DNA of 47,945 nucleotides from a virus (IMGVR_UViG_3300045580_000402:1-47945), one strand, 5' to 3'; shown: positions 26,115-36,497, numbered from the stretch's first letter. Translations and numbers: made by a program. The notes: generated by a model not told the origin, from the sequence alone.

Positions 26115-28366
26115 GGCAGCACCCTGGAGAAGGTGACTGTGGCGGTTGCTGGCATGTCTGACGGCCCCGAGTCGCTGGTAAATCCAGAAACAGAGCGGAG
26201 AGCTACCGTGCCAGACGGGTAGCCGTCATCATCGACTGGTATTGGCTCGGCGTTTACAAAGTTGAAGCCATTGAACGATCCGGCATTTGCAGGGGCACGC
26301 AACATAAGGATGTCAAAACCCCACACAGCGCGGCACTCGATAAACTTGACGTGCAGGCCGTTCGCAGCACCGCCTCCGTAGTCGAAGCCTCCGCACCTGC
26401 CGGCTATGACGTACTGCAACGACACAAGGCCACACACGGATGGCGGGCTGTTGGCGTTGCTTTCGTCGCATCTTCGATTGCTAGGGTCCACAGGTGGGTT
26501 TCCTGCCGCCGCCTCCCACGTCTGGCCGTCCCACTCAATCGTTGCCTTCACGCCATTTAGGATCGACTGGTAGAAGGTCGCGCACGTCTCAGGCGGATCA
26601 TACTCGCCGCCAGGGATAACGGATGCCGTAGCGCCTACCGGGAGCCCGCTCGTTGGAGCGAACAGCAGCGGCGTTTCGCTGGACCCGAACTGGCTGCAGT
26701 CAGTGACAAGCGTGGTGGCCGCCATGCCAGCATTGGACACAGAAAAGAAGATAGGTTCAGGCCGTGGGGGGTTGTATCCGAGATTGAAGATTCTCATCCT
26801 TAGCACCGGCGGCAACGAAGCACCGCGATACTCCAACACAACAACCTCGCGCTCGACTGTGCAAAACCCGTCTGACTTGCACTGGAAAACGTACTCGCAC
26901 GGAGCGGCTCCACCGGCATTATTTCGCAGAAGCACCAGCGAGCGGCCGTCAAACCGTGCCATACAGTTCGTGATCCACTGGTAGGCAAGGTATCCGGTGC
27001 CAGCCGCCGAGATCGTGAGGCCAGTCAGTTTGCCGAAGTCCTCGCTCCCTGGGTCATCTTCCACGACGCCCACAATGGAGCCACCCGATCCGTCACTCGG
27101 CCACGCCTGAGAGATCGTCGCCGTCACGGTGGCGACATACGGCGGCTCGTTGGCGTCCTCGCGGTAATACTGCCCGCCGCCAGTCACGGTGACGCCGGCC
27201 GGCACGCCATCGTCATCGTAGTACGAGCCGCCGTACCAGATTTCGACCGACTGAATCACACCTGTGTCCTTGTAGAACTCGCCGCCGTAGTCGATGGTGA
27301 TGCCTGTGATCGCACCATCTTCGTCCACCGACGAAACGTAGCCAGAGAAAGGCGCCCACGGGTTCACGGTGCCATCGTCAATGGTGATGAAAACCTGATC
27401 AAACTCTGAGTATCCTGTGCCTGCGTTCGTGATCGTGAACCCAGTCACGGACCAGTACGAAACGCCGTAGTAGTCCGTGTATTCAGTGAGCGTTGGCGTC
27501 ACAGAAGCAGCCGATCCGCTGCCTCCAACGCTTCCGGTAAGGGTCGGAATAGACCGCCCCGTCCTAATGTACGCACTCGCCTCTTCGTTCACTTTCGTGT
27601 TCGCCCCGCCAGCGAACGAGAGCGTGTCTCCATCCGTGTAGCCAGTGCCGCCATTCGTCACCGACACGCTCGCCACGCCCCATGTCGTCGGGCTGCCGAA
27701 GTTCTCGGCGAGCGTGACAGACAGAACGGCACCGCTTCCTGGCGATGCACTGGCCGTCAGCGTTGGCTGCGTGCGTGTCGTGTGAACGATGACGCTGGCA
27801 TCCGTGGCCACCGTGTCGCCCTCGGCAATCGTGACCGTGAGTGCTTCGCCATCGACGTAGCCCGTGCCGTCCTTGACCGACACGCTTGCAATCGACCACG
27901 ACGGGATGCCGCAGGCGTCATTGCTGCTTGTGACTGTCGGCGTGAACGTCGCCCCAGCACCGCTGCCGCCGCTGATTGAGATCGTCGGGGCCACTCGGCC
28001 GAGTTTCGCATACCCGCTGCCGGCGCTTGTGAGCGAGACGGCAGAGATCGGTCCCTTGTCGGTGCCTGGATCGCCGCCCGGCGCAGTCACGCGAGCAGAT
28101 GCACCACCGCCAAAGCAGGACGAGAACGACAGTGAGATAAGGTCAGGCCCTGGCGACTGGTCGGCAAATCCGTCGAAGGTGACCGTGACCGTGTCTGGAA
28201 GCTCGCCGGTCGTGCATTGACTGCACGGCGGCGCACTACAGCAGGCGGAGCAGCTCGCCCCCAGCATGAAGCCCACCGGGTACATCCCGGCCGCGAACAC
28301 GAACAGCCCCCATAGCACGAGCGAGGGCGGATCGGCGGATTGAATCGCGGCGAGCAGCTCGAGCAC
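26111..28366 (-). CDS. Large tail/receptor-binding protein with beta-sandwich repeats
   Basis: Repeated SVSVTxxGxGY units; Cys-rich N- and C-terminal regions; hydrophobic N-terminus. Confidence 0.7.
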   Translation of the reverse strand: MLELLAAIQSADPPSLVLWGLFVFAAGMYPVGFMLGASCSACCSAPPCSQCTTGELPDTVTVTFDGFADQSPGPDLISLSFSSCFGGGASARVTAPGGDPGTDKGPISAVSLTSAGSGYAKLGRVAPTISISGGSGAGATFTPTVTSSNDACGIPSWSIASVSVKDGTGYVDGEALTVTIAEGDTVATDASVIVHTTRTQPTLTASASPGSGAVLSVTLAENFGSPTTWGVASVSVTNGGTGYTDGDTLSFAGGANTKVNEEASAYIRTGRSIPTLTGSVGGSGSAASVTPTLTEYTDYYGVSYWSVTGFTITNAGTGYSEFDQVFITIDDGTVNPWAPFSGYVSSVDEDGAITGITIDYGGEFYKDTGVIQSVEIWYGGSYYDDDGVPAGVTVTGGGQYYREDANEPPYVATVTATISQAWPSDGSGGSIVGVVEDDPGSEDFGKLTGLTISAAGTGYLAYQWITNCMARFDGRSLVLLRNNAGGAAPCEYVFQCKSDGFCTVEREVVVLEYRGASLPPVLRMRIFNLGYNPPRPEPIFFSVSNAGMAATTLVTDCSQFGSSETPLLFAPTSGLPVGATASVIPGGEYDPPETCATFYQSILNGVKATIEWDGQTWEAAAGNPPVDPSNRRCDESNANSPPSVCGLVSLQYVIAGRCGGFDYGGGAANGLHVKFIECRAVWGFDILMLRAPANAGSFNGFNFVNAEPIPVDDDGYPSGTVALRSVSGFTSDSGPSDMPATATVTFSRVLP

Positions 28367-28367
28367 T

Positions 28368-28712
28368 TCAGCACTCCGCAGCTACGAGGAGCCATCGGTC
28401 GCCCACGAACACACAGAGCACTTTCCGCGTGCCGCTGGTGATCGTGATTGTGGCGAAATGATTGGTGGCCTGGAACTGGACGGTCGGGGATAGTGTGGTC
28501 CCGTCGGCCTTGATCTGCGTGACGGTGGCCGTCGAGCCCTTGTTCCATGTCGCAGAGATGGTCCCCAGCCGCGGCTCATCGCCGCCGTCATCGCCGCCCG
28601 TCCGGAAATGAATCGGCGGCATGTCCCGGTTGCCGCGCTCATAGGCGAGCGTGGCGGCCGCGATGCGCTGCGCGGCATCCTCGGTGAACGCGACCTTGCG
28701 AGGTGAGGCCAT
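28368..28712 (-). CDS. Minor tail protein
   Basis: Position after the distal tail gene; C-terminal WLLVAAEC. Confidence 0.65.
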   Translation of the reverse strand: MASPRKVAFTEDAAQRIAAATLAYERGNRDMPPIHFRTGGDDGGDEPRLGTISATWNKGSTATVTQIKADGTTLSPTVQFQATNHFATITITSGTRKVLCVFVGDRWLLVAAEC

Positions 28713-28715
28713 GCG

Positions 28716-29654
28716 TCACGCGGGGGTTGCCGGGATGATGAACGGCGTGCCGAACTTGGCCGAGAACGTCACGACTGGATACAGCGGCGCGCCGGCCCCA
28801 TTGCGGATCACGCTTGGGGCCGCACCGGCAGACTTCTTGGTGCCGTTGGCGTTGAGTGCGACCGGCTGCTTCACAGGCTTTTGGTCATCGCCAAGGATGA
28901 CCTTCTTCTGTCCGCTCACGAGTTCATGGAACCCCACGTCCCACGGCATGCTCTTCCACGTGCCCTGTTCGTAGCGGAACTCCCACACGGTTTCGACGAA
29001 TGTCAACGTCTCGTCCGTGCCACCGCTCGTGGCGCCCGTTCCCTCCATCGCATCGCTGGCAGTTCTGCCGCGGGCAACGTTTTGAATCTCGCGCTTCTTG
29101 GCGCCGCGAAATCCGCACTTCCACGTGTCGGGTGCACCGCCGTCCCACGTGTCGCTGTTGGTCGCGCCAGCGTAGAGGTCAACATCGCCCATCCACGAGT
29201 CGCTCGTGTAGAACTTTGTGAGCGTCCACGTTTTTTCCTCCCGCTCTTTCTGCAAGCCCTCCAGCGGGTCGCCTGCGGCATTGAGGATCATTGCGTTGTC
29301 TCGGTCGCGGAACACCGGGACCGTAGACGTACCGCCGGATCGCTCCCAAAAATCCTCTGGCATGCCGTCGTTTTTGAGCTTCGCCTCCTTCGGCGGTGGG
29401 TAAAAGGCCACGTCCAGCCGCCACACCATGCCGTCCGCGTTGCGGGGGTTGAGCTTGAACTCCATCGCCTTGCAGTCGGCGTTTTCCCAGTGCGCGGAGT
29501 ACCAGCCGCACGGAACCGCCTTGACGATGGTCTGCTTGGGAGTGAGTGGCGAATCGACGCGGATCAACCACGCCTCGTCGAACCGAAGCGGCTCGCCGAC
29601 TTTGCCGCTCATGCCGGTGCCGTCAAGCACCCGTCGCCAGCCAACTACAGCCAT
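28716..29654 (-). CDS. Distal tail/hub protein
   Basis: Directly after the tape measure; NAAGDPL, WDVGF, PVALNANG motifs. Confidence 0.7.
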   Translation of the reverse strand: MAVVGWRRVLDGTGMSGKVGEPLRFDEAWLIRVDSPLTPKQTIVKAVPCGWYSAHWENADCKAMEFKLNPRNADGMVWRLDVAFYPPPKEAKLKNDGMPEDFWERSGGTSTVPVFRDRDNAMILNAAGDPLEGLQKEREEKTWTLTKFYTSDSWMGDVDLYAGATNSDTWDGGAPDTWKCGFRGAKKREIQNVARGRTASDAMEGTGATSGGTDETLTFVETVWEFRYEQGTWKSMPWDVGFHELVSGQKKVILGDDQKPVKQPVALNANGTKKSAGAAPSVIRNGAGAPLYPVVTFSAKFGTPFIIPATPA

Positions 29655-29657
29655 GAG

Positions 29658-32204
29658 TCAGTAGCCCAGTGCAAACGGGTAGGTGTCGTCACCGCCGGAG
29701 GTGTTGTCAGCGATCTGCTCCAACGCGGCGAGCTGCCGGTGCTGCACGTCGCCGCCTTGGCCACGCATCAGCCGAAACATCTCCGACACGCCTTCGCTCG
29801 AGCGGCTGTCGATGCCCTTGAGTGCCTCATTGATGGAGGCAATCTCGACGGTCTTCTCGATCTCGATTGGTTCCTGCTTGGCGGTGTCAACTGCCGCTGC
29901 CGATTGGCGGGCAGCATCGCGGGCGGTTTGGACAGCCGACGTGAACGGCCTCGCGATCGCCTGCCCCGCCTGCTCGGCGTCACCGAACAATGCGGTTCCA
30001 AAACCTTCCTTTGCCGCGGTCAGGTTCTGGTTGATGCCATTTTGCAGTTCGTCGTTGAACCCCTTCGCCGCTGCCACCACCACGTCGAGCGAGGCGGTGT
30101 CGAACCCGAGGTACTGGCCGATCTGCTGGGCAATGGTTGCCAGCGTCTCAAACGACCCCGTAATGCCGAGGATCACCAGCCGGAAGCCAGCCGCCGCGGT
30201 GTTGAACACGCCACTCAGAAACGCGCCCACACGATTCAGCACGTCTCCCACCGCCGACCACTGTGCCCCGATCTGCGAAAAGTATTCAAACGTGCTGCCG
30301 AAGTTGGCGACCAGCCAATCGGCCACGCCGGCAAGGTACTCGGCCCCTGCCAGGATGCCTTCGCCGATCATCGCGCCGATGTTCGCCCCGCCGATGTCGC
30401 CGATGAACGTGTTGAACTGCTCTACCACGCCCGTGATGGCTGGCGACAGGTACGCCGTCACCTGCTGCACGACGCCTTGGATGGCGTTCTGGGCCGTCTC
30501 AAACGACGACACCATCTTCTGCACGTCCTGCCCTTGGGCGTTGGTGAGCGACAGCCCGAGGCGGTCGGCTTCCTCCCTCGCTCGCGCGATGCCCTCGGCC
30601 CCACCGGCAAACAGTGGCAAGAGGTCGGCACCGGAACGGCCGAAGATCTGCGTGGCGGCCGCCGCCCGCTCGGCCTCGGTGGGCAACGCGGCGATGGACT
30701 TGGCGATCTCCTGGAACCGATCCGCCGTGCCCATGCCGTTGAGCTGGGCCGCCGACAGGCCGATCCGGTCGAACGCCGCCGCGGCCGACGCCGATCCGTT
30801 TGCCGCATTGACGAACGCCACGTCGGCCTTGGTCATCGCGTCCTTCATGGACTCCATCGACACGCCGTTCTTCTCGGCGGCGAGCGATAGCCCCGCCATC
30901 TCCCCGTAGGTCACGTTGAGGCGGGCGGCGAGCTTGCTCGTCTGGTCGATGACGCCGGCCTCGGCCGCCCCCATACGGACGAACGACGAGACAGTGTTGG
31001 ACACCGTCGAGGCGATGGAGCCGAAGAGGCGGGCCACGTCGAGGCCGATGAGGATGTTGAGCCGCGACGAGATTCCGGCAAGGCCACTCGACATGTCCGA
31101 TGCCGCGGTGCCCGACTTCCGCATCTCGGCGGCGGCGGCGGACACGGCCCGGCTGAACGTCTCCTGCGAGATGGCCCCCCGGGACAGCAGGTCGCGAAGG
31201 TCCGCCACGCGGGCGGAATACTGCTCCTGGGCAGTCATGTTGCCACGGGTGACTGCCGCGCCACGCTGGTGTGCCGCCGCAAGGTCACTCAGGGCGGCGG
31301 ATGCCGCAGCGGCCGAACCGTCAGCCTCGGCAAGGATTTGATTCTGCCGCTCCACCGCAGCGGCATAGGCCGTCGCGGAAATGGCACCAGCGTTTTGCAG
31401 GACGTCGAGTTCTTCGATGGCGGCAGCGTGCACTTGTGCCGCGGATGCCACGCTGCGTTCGATCTCGGCACCGCGGGCCACCAGCGCCAGCCGCTGCTCC
31501 TCGGCAATGCGAGCGATGTCGGATGCGACGGCCTGCTGGGCAAGAGCCTCTTCGACGCCGGTCGTCGCCGCAATGAATGAGTCGGATGCCGTCACCGAAG
31601 CAGCGAACGCATCGGCGATCCCTGCAACTGGGTTGGCGTCTGCCGCACCGCCGAGGTTTCCGACGACCCCACCCAGACGCGACAGCGCATCCGCCTGGGT
31701 GTCGATAGCCTCCGTCGCCCGCAGATACGTCGCCAAGGCAGCCTCGCGGGCACGGGCCGCCACCTCCTCAGCCAGCCCGCCGTTGCGGACGGCATTGGCA
31801 ACGCGGTCAAGGGTGGCGAAATAGTCCTGCTCGGCGGTCGTGTTCTCCCGCGTGATTGCCGCAGCCTCGGACGCGGCCTGCGCCATTTGCCTGGCCTCGG
31901 CGGTGAGCGCGGACATGCGGGCGGCGAACTGCTCGGCACTGGCCGAGCCGGAGCGGAAGTTGACGACGAGCGCCTCGACCGAGGCCGATATCCCGTCGAA
32001 CGCGGCCCGCGCCGTGCCGGCCACCGGGCCGATCTCGAGAAACCCCTGCTTGCTGATGTTGTTCAGGGCCGCAAGCGACGATCGCAGCGTGGCGGTGTCG
32101 CCGCCCAGGGCCTTGAACGCCTTGCCCGCGGCATCGACGCCGGACGTCAGCCCGCCGACCGATGACAAGAACTTTACGTTGACCACGCCGATCTGGGACA
32201 TCAC
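29658..32204 (-). CDS. Tape measure protein
   Basis: 848 aa, Ala-rich and helical, IFGRSGADLLPL, follows the chaperones. Confidence 0.92.
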   Translation of the reverse strand: MMSQIGVVNVKFLSSVGGLTSGVDAAGKAFKALGGDTATLRSSLAALNNISKQGFLEIGPVAGTARAAFDGISASVEALVVNFRSGSASAEQFAARMSALTAEARQMAQAASEAAAITRENTTAEQDYFATLDRVANAVRNGGLAEEVAARAREAALATYLRATEAIDTQADALSRLGGVVGNLGGAADANPVAGIADAFAASVTASDSFIAATTGVEEALAQQAVASDIARIAEEQRLALVARGAEIERSVASAAQVHAAAIEELDVLQNAGAISATAYAAAVERQNQILAEADGSAAAASAALSDLAAAHQRGAAVTRGNMTAQEQYSARVADLRDLLSRGAISQETFSRAVSAAAAEMRKSGTAASDMSSGLAGISSRLNILIGLDVARLFGSIASTVSNTVSSFVRMGAAEAGVIDQTSKLAARLNVTYGEMAGLSLAAEKNGVSMESMKDAMTKADVAFVNAANGSASAAAAFDRIGLSAAQLNGMGTADRFQEIAKSIAALPTEAERAAAATQIFGRSGADLLPLFAGGAEGIARAREEADRLGLSLTNAQGQDVQKMVSSFETAQNAIQGVVQQVTAYLSPAITGVVEQFNTFIGDIGGANIGAMIGEGILAGAEYLAGVADWLVANFGSTFEYFSQIGAQWSAVGDVLNRVGAFLSGVFNTAAAGFRLVILGITGSFETLATIAQQIGQYLGFDTASLDVVVAAAKGFNDELQNGINQNLTAAKEGFGTALFGDAEQAGQAIARPFTSAVQTARDAARQSAAAVDTAKQEPIEIEKTVEIASINEALKGIDSRSSEGVSEMFRLMRGQGGDVQHRQLAALEQIADNTSGGDDTYPFALGY

Positions 32205-32527
32205 TCACTCCGCATGCGCCGCGAGAACTTTGTCAGCTCCGCGTTGATTTCGTCCTCGGTCATCGGGCGGTTGGGATCGTAGTTGGGCAGGAACTTTTCG
32301 ATGAACGACTCGTCAACGGACTGCCCCAGGGCACGCAGCACGAACAGCGTCTGCACGGCGGTCCTCGTCCAATCGTCTCCAAACGGTTCGACTTGCCAGA
32401 ACGCATACCACGTGAGGATTTGCCGCAAGGACACGCGACGCATCCACCCTTCCACGTCGTCAATGCGATGGTGGGCAGCCAGCCGGTAGATGAATCGCTC
32501 CATCAAGCCGGACTGGCTTCTCAGTTT
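32201..32527 (-). CDS. Tail assembly chaperone, -1 frameshift extension (gpT-like)
   Basis: WYAFWQVEPFG motif; reached via A AAA AAC. Confidence 0.8.
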   Translation of the reverse strand, partial: KLRSQSGLMERFIYRLAAHHRIDDVEGWMRRVSLRQILTWYAFWQVEPFGDDWTRTAVQTLFVLRALGQSVDESFIEKFLPNYDPNRPMTEDEINAELTKFSRRMRSE

Positions 32528-32871
32528 TTTTCGATGTCTCCGATGGTCTGAACGTCCACCTTCAGGACCGTGTCCCAGCACTTCTTGTAGAGCCAGAGCA
32601 CGGGGGCCGGCTGAGCCTTGGCGAGCATCGAGCGCAGCGTTCCGTCGTCGATCGGCTGGCCGTCTTCATTGACGAGGCACGCGGCGACGCACTTGGTGAT
32701 GAACGACGCATCGGGCGTCTTGCCTTCGAACGCCTGGAGCCCCTGGACGAGCTCCACCCACGTGCCGACCGCAGGCGATCCGAGATAGGACGGCTTGCTC
32801 GCTCCTGGGGGCGTGACGGTGATGATGCCCTTGGCGACGTCGCCAAAAACGGTCTGTTCTGTGATTGCCAT
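32521..32871 (-). CDS. Tail assembly chaperone (gpG-like)
   Basis: Ends GAA AAA AAC TGA (IEKN*), upstream of the tape measure. Confidence 0.85.
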   Translation of the reverse strand: MAITEQTVFGDVAKGIITVTPPGASKPSYLGSPAVGTWVELVQGLQAFEGKTPDASFITKCVAACLVNEDGQPIDDGTLRSMLAKAQPAPVLWLYKKCWDTVLKVDVQTIGDIEKN

Positions 32872-33272
32872 TACGAGGTACTCCATCCTGTGCCAGAGAA
32901 CTTGAACTGGGCCGTTCCCACGAGGTATTCGCCGACGCTGCCAGTCACATCAAAGTCTTCGAGGTACGAGTCGATGGACAGCGAGCCGCCATCCCACGCG
33001 ACGCCCAATCCTGCGTTGTGCCCGATGTCGAACGGGGCAAACGGCGGGCAGCCGAACATGCGGATCGTGACGCCACCGGGCGTGATGGACGAGCAGAAAA
33101 ACTGCTTGACCACGCGGGCCTGACTCCCGCTTCCGATGACCGTGGATCCGACATGTGTCCATTCCTCAAAGTTCGCGGTACCGGGCTGGAGCCGCCATGA
33201 GGTAAGCCGTCCAAGAGCGACTCCGCCGAACGACACGACGGACCCTTGCGACGTGGGCGTGTAGCCAGGCAT
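32871..33272 (-). CDS. Tail tube-like protein 3
   Basis: SQGSVVSFGG...SVGEYLVGTAQFKFSG. Confidence 0.65.
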   Translation of the reverse strand: MPGYTPTSQGSVVSFGGVALGRLTSWRLQPGTANFEEWTHVGSTVIGSGSQARVVKQFFCSSITPGGVTIRMFGCPPFAPFDIGHNAGLGVAWDGGSLSIDSYLEDFDVTGSVGEYLVGTAQFKFSGTGWSTS

Positions 33273-33284
33273 CAGCCCCTCCGG

Positions 33285-33662
33285 CTACGCCGAGAAGTCC
33301 GACGTGTAGGAAGCCGACCACCCGCGCAATTCGCCCACGTTGTCGTCGTACTGAGACTCCATGCACTTGCACGTCGCGCCTTCGGCCGTGATCGTGCTGC
33401 CGGACGCCGGCTTCGTGCCGAAGCCCTCGGCCGACACCGTGACCACGGTGCCGGTCGTGCTGCCGCTTGGGCCGTTGTCCGTCAGGCCGTCCTCGTAGGT
33501 GCGGTCGGAGCCGTGCGGAAGTTCAAGCGTTGACGAGTCGAGCTTGGGCGTGGAGTTCGCGTTCCGCGTGACCTTGATCGAAACCTTCTTGGCACCACCG
33601 ACGAGGGACAACCCCTGCGAGGTCAGCCGGTCGGTGACGAGGTTGGTGGGCGTAGTGGGCAC
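33285..33662 (-). CDS. Tail tube-like protein 2
   Basis: LDSSTL...RTYEDGL...VGELRGWSASY. Confidence 0.6.
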   Translation of the reverse strand: MPTTPTNLVTDRLTSQGLSLVGGAKKVSIKVTRNANSTPKLDSSTLELPHGSDRTYEDGLTDNGPSGSTTGTVVTVSAEGFGTKPASGSTITAEGATCKCMESQYDDNVGELRGWSASYTSDFSA

Positions 33663-33677
33663 AGCGCGCTCCTGTCG

Positions 33678-34025
33678 TTACGGCGTGACGGGTGGGTAGT
33701 ACGAGAAGTTGGCGGAAAACGTGGCGTACTTGCCGGCCTCGTACACCTTCTCGTAGTCCTCGCAAATCCAACCCTCTGTGACATTCGACGCGCTGACGGC
33801 GAGCGACGTGCCCGACTTCAAGTTGCCCGACACGCTGCACGTGGCGGTGGCGGTGTTCGCACCGCCGTCCTTGAGCGGCGGCGACGCGTACTTGCGCTCG
33901 CTGTCCGCGAGATCCGTCACCTCCACGTTCTTGGTGGTGCTGGACGTATCGATGTCCTTGAGCGACACCTTCGTCGCGCCGGCAGGGATGCTCGGGCCGC
34001 CGGTGGGGAGCGAACTGAGGGGCAT
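33678..34025 (-). CDS. Tail tube-like protein 1
   Basis: VEVTDL...RKYASPPLKD...AGKYATFSANF. Confidence 0.6.
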   Translation of the reverse strand: MPLSSLPTGGPSIPAGATKVSLKDIDTSSTTKNVEVTDLADSERKYASPPLKDGGANTATATCSVSGNLKSGTSLAVSASNVTEGWICEDYEKVYEAGKYATFSANFSYYPPVTP

Positions 34026-34031
34026 CTGTGG

Positions 34032-34454
34032 TCACTCCTCGTCGAGGATGCGAAACGTCTTCGTCACGGAATACAGGGGCTTGTCCTTGCCGTTCACCGG
34101 TATGCCGGCGTCGTCGGACTCGCCATCGTCGAGCGATACATGCACCCTACAGCCGTACCCGGATGTCGTCGCTCGATCGAGCACCGCAGTGACTGCGCGA
34201 GCCGCGGCCTTCGCGTCCTCGTACGTGCTGGCCCACACGTCGACGGAAATCGACGATTGGCTGGCCGCAGGGGAGAGGTCGAGGGTGTTTTCGTTTTGCG
34301 ATCCCGCGAGCCGGTAGGTCGCGAACGGGAGCACATCCCCGGCCTCGTTTCGGGCAAGCTCCTGCTCGCCAATCACGGGCGTGATGCGGAACCCGAACCA
34401 CGCGGCCGTCCGCGGGTCAGAAATCAGCCGCCAATAGACCCAGGCCTCGATCAC
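34032..34454 (-). CDS. Tail terminator (gp17/DUF3168-like)
   Basis: RITP...LPFATY...ISVDVWASTYEDAKA. Confidence 0.8.
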   Translation of the reverse strand: MIEAWVYWRLISDPRTAAWFGFRITPVIGEQELARNEAGDVLPFATYRLAGSQNENTLDLSPAASQSSISVDVWASTYEDAKAAARAVTAVLDRATTSGYGCRVHVSLDDGESDDAGIPVNGKDKPLYSVTKTFRILDEE

Positions 34455-35047
34455 GGCGTCCCCCCTGAGTCGGAGATCGCATTACTGAGCGCCTGCGCCA
34501 TCTGCGCCTCGAGGATCGAAGCGCACTGCCCACCGACGGCCTGATACGCGCGGAGCATCGGGTGACGAGCCCGCATCGGCTTGGCCCGCCGGGCAATCAT
34601 CGGCCACGCCCCGCGCCAGCCCGGAGGGCGATATCCTGCCTGGCTGACGAGCATCCTCGCGCTGCGCGGACGCCGCTCGCCCGTGCCGAACTCCACCAGG
34701 TGCGAGGCGAAACCCTTCTGCCCCCTCTGGTTGCTCTTGGAGACCGCGCGGCGGTATCCGACGATCCCGAAGACGGTGCCGGACTCGTAGATCGCGACCT
34801 TCTCGCCAACCGAAGCCCGCAGATTCCCTGTCGGCCCCTGCGGCGTGTTGGCCAGCAGCTGGGCCTTCATCGGTCGCATCGCCGCCGACACCGCGCGGCG
34901 GAGGTACTTCCGCCCGAGATTGCCCGGGAGGGCAAACAGCCGGGCGATGGTTTCCTCGGCACCCTCGACCCGGACCGTATTCGAGCGGTCGCCGCGGAAC
35001 CCTTCCTTGCCCGAGAATGTCAGGTTCCCGCTGTTGAGCGGCATCAC
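34451..35047 (-). CDS. HK97 gp10-like tail completion protein
   Basis: TGNLRASV, HLVEFGT, HPMLRAY. Confidence 0.85.
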   Translation of the reverse strand: MMPLNSGNLTFSGKEGFRGDRSNTVRVEGAEETIARLFALPGNLGRKYLRRAVSAAMRPMKAQLLANTPQGPTGNLRASVGEKVAIYESGTVFGIVGYRRAVSKSNQRGQKGFASHLVEFGTGERRPRSARMLVSQAGYRPPGWRGAWPMIARRAKPMRARHPMLRAYQAVGGQCASILEAQMAQALSNAISDSGGTP

Positions 35048-35382
35048 TGCACCTCTTCCGTGCAGGTGATCTGCCACTCTTCGTCCCGCAATCCGCGCGG
35101 CTGGATGCCCTGGATTGCCAACACACGGCCATCGACGCGGAGCCTGTCCGCCGCCCGCACATCGACGTACGAACTGACGACGACCGTGTAGATGACCGTC
35201 GACTGCACGCGGCCTTCCTGCGTCGTCTCGCTCGCGGCCACCGACTTGACGTTGCCCCACACGGGATCGCCAAGCGGTGCCCAGGCATCGGCGGTGCTCT
35301 TCCGCTCGCCGAGCCTCGTCGGCCGGTCGCGGAGCCGCTCGACCTGGACCAGCTTGTTTTTCAGGCCCGTGGGCATTGGCAT
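35044..35382 (-). CDS. Head closure protein (SPP1 gp16-like)
   Basis: GLKNKLVQV...W...VWGNV...DRLRVDGRVLAI...CTE. Confidence 0.85.
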   Translation of the reverse strand: MPMPTGLKNKLVQVERLRDRPTRLGERKSTADAWAPLGDPVWGNVKSVAASETTQEGRVQSTVIYTVVVSSYVDVRAADRLRVDGRVLAIQGIQPRGLRDEEWQITCTEEVQ

Positions 35383-35385
35383 CGG

Positions 35386-35784
35386 TCACCTCCCCAGGCA
35401 GATGACCTTGAACGGCGTGCCGGCGGTGCCGGTGACGACCAGGGCCTCGGCATCCCACCCGGAAACGGAGTTGGTGGCGAATGCGACCTGGCCGCGCGGA
35501 ACCGTCACGGGCAGCGGCCCGCCAGATACCGCCACGTCCGCAGTGCCTTCCTCGTCAACCGTCGCCTCGTTCTGGATGATCACATGGGTGACGGTCGTCA
35601 TCTTGGACGGCACGTCGAGCGTGATCGGGTCCTCGCCGACAACGCCCGATGCGGCGAACACGAGCACGTTCTCGCCGGCTACGATCTCCTCGTAGTTGGC
35701 GGGGTAGGTCGTCATCGACGGGAACGCGCCAGACGACGACTCCTGGATCACGGACGCCAGCGATATCCGGGCTGCCACCGTCAC
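35386..35784 (-). CDS. Hypothetical virion protein
   Basis: GTG coupled; beta-rich; within the head-tail block. Confidence 0.6.
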   Translation of the reverse strand: MTVAARISLASVIQESSSGAFPSMTTYPANYEEIVAGENVLVFAASGVVGEDPITLDVPSKMTTVTHVIIQNEATVDEEGTADVAVSGGPLPVTVPRGQVAFATNSVSGWDAEALVVTGTAGTPFKVICLGR

Positions 35785-36410
35785 GTGTAGGCCTCCGTCG
35801 ATCTGCGGCCGAGCAGCTCGTCGACCATGAATGGCACCTTGGCGAGGGCACCAGTCGCCACCGCCTCGCGGTTCAGGTACCAGTGGGATGCCAGGGCGAG
35901 AATCGCGTTGCGGTACCTCCGCGGAACTGCCGCCCCCGTGGCGCCGAACCCAGCCCACCACGTGACGCGGTAGAGGGAATCAGATGCCCCCGGCGTCGGC
36001 CACGCCGCCGCGCTCCACTTGACAAGGGCTGGCAAGGCGGATGGGTAGACGACGAATTGGCTGGCGTCGATCGCCTGCCAGGAGGTTCCGTTCGCGGAGG
36101 ATTCCATCGTGACGAGCTGACGGCCTTCCGTGGGCGAGCGGGGCGACCGCGGGAGCCGGATCGTCCCACCGGCCTGGTGGGCGTCCATCACCACGGCCAA
36201 CTGCGTGTCGATCATGCAGAGCCCCCGACGCCCCTCGACGTACTCACGTGCGGCCTGCAGGTTGCCCACGAGCAGTCCGTCCTCGACGTCGTGCGTGACC
36301 TTGCAGTGGGCCTTGAGCTCGCCGAGCGACACCGGCTCCACCTCAGGGTGTGTCACTACCTGGAGCGACACGTATCGCCGGGTGGTGCAGCCGAGATACG
36401 AAGAGAGCAC
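35781..36410 (-). CDS. Head-tail connector (HK97 gp6-like)
   Basis: EPVSLGELKAHCKV...AAREYVE...HWYLNREAV. Confidence 0.9.
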   Translation of the reverse strand: MLSSYLGCTTRRYVSLQVVTHPEVEPVSLGELKAHCKVTHDVEDGLLVGNLQAAREYVEGRRGLCMIDTQLAVVMDAHQAGGTIRLPRSPRSPTEGRQLVTMESSANGTSWQAIDASQFVVYPSALPALVKWSAAAWPTPGASDSLYRVTWWAGFGATGAAVPRRYRNAILALASHWYLNREAVATGALAKVPFMVDELLGRRSTEAYT

Positions 36411-36437
36411 GCCGTCACCGCCTTCCTGGGTGCAGTC

Positions 36438-36471
36438 GGCGGGGCGGCGGGGAAATCCCTGCCGCCCCGCC
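36438..36471 (-). terminator. GC-rich hairpin after the capsid gene (no U-tract; terminator or stabiliser)
   Basis: GGCGGGGCGGCAGGGA-TT-TCCCCGCCGCCCCGCC. Confidence 0.6.
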
Positions 36472-36497
36472 CTTGGGCATGACTGTCAGCGTGGATA

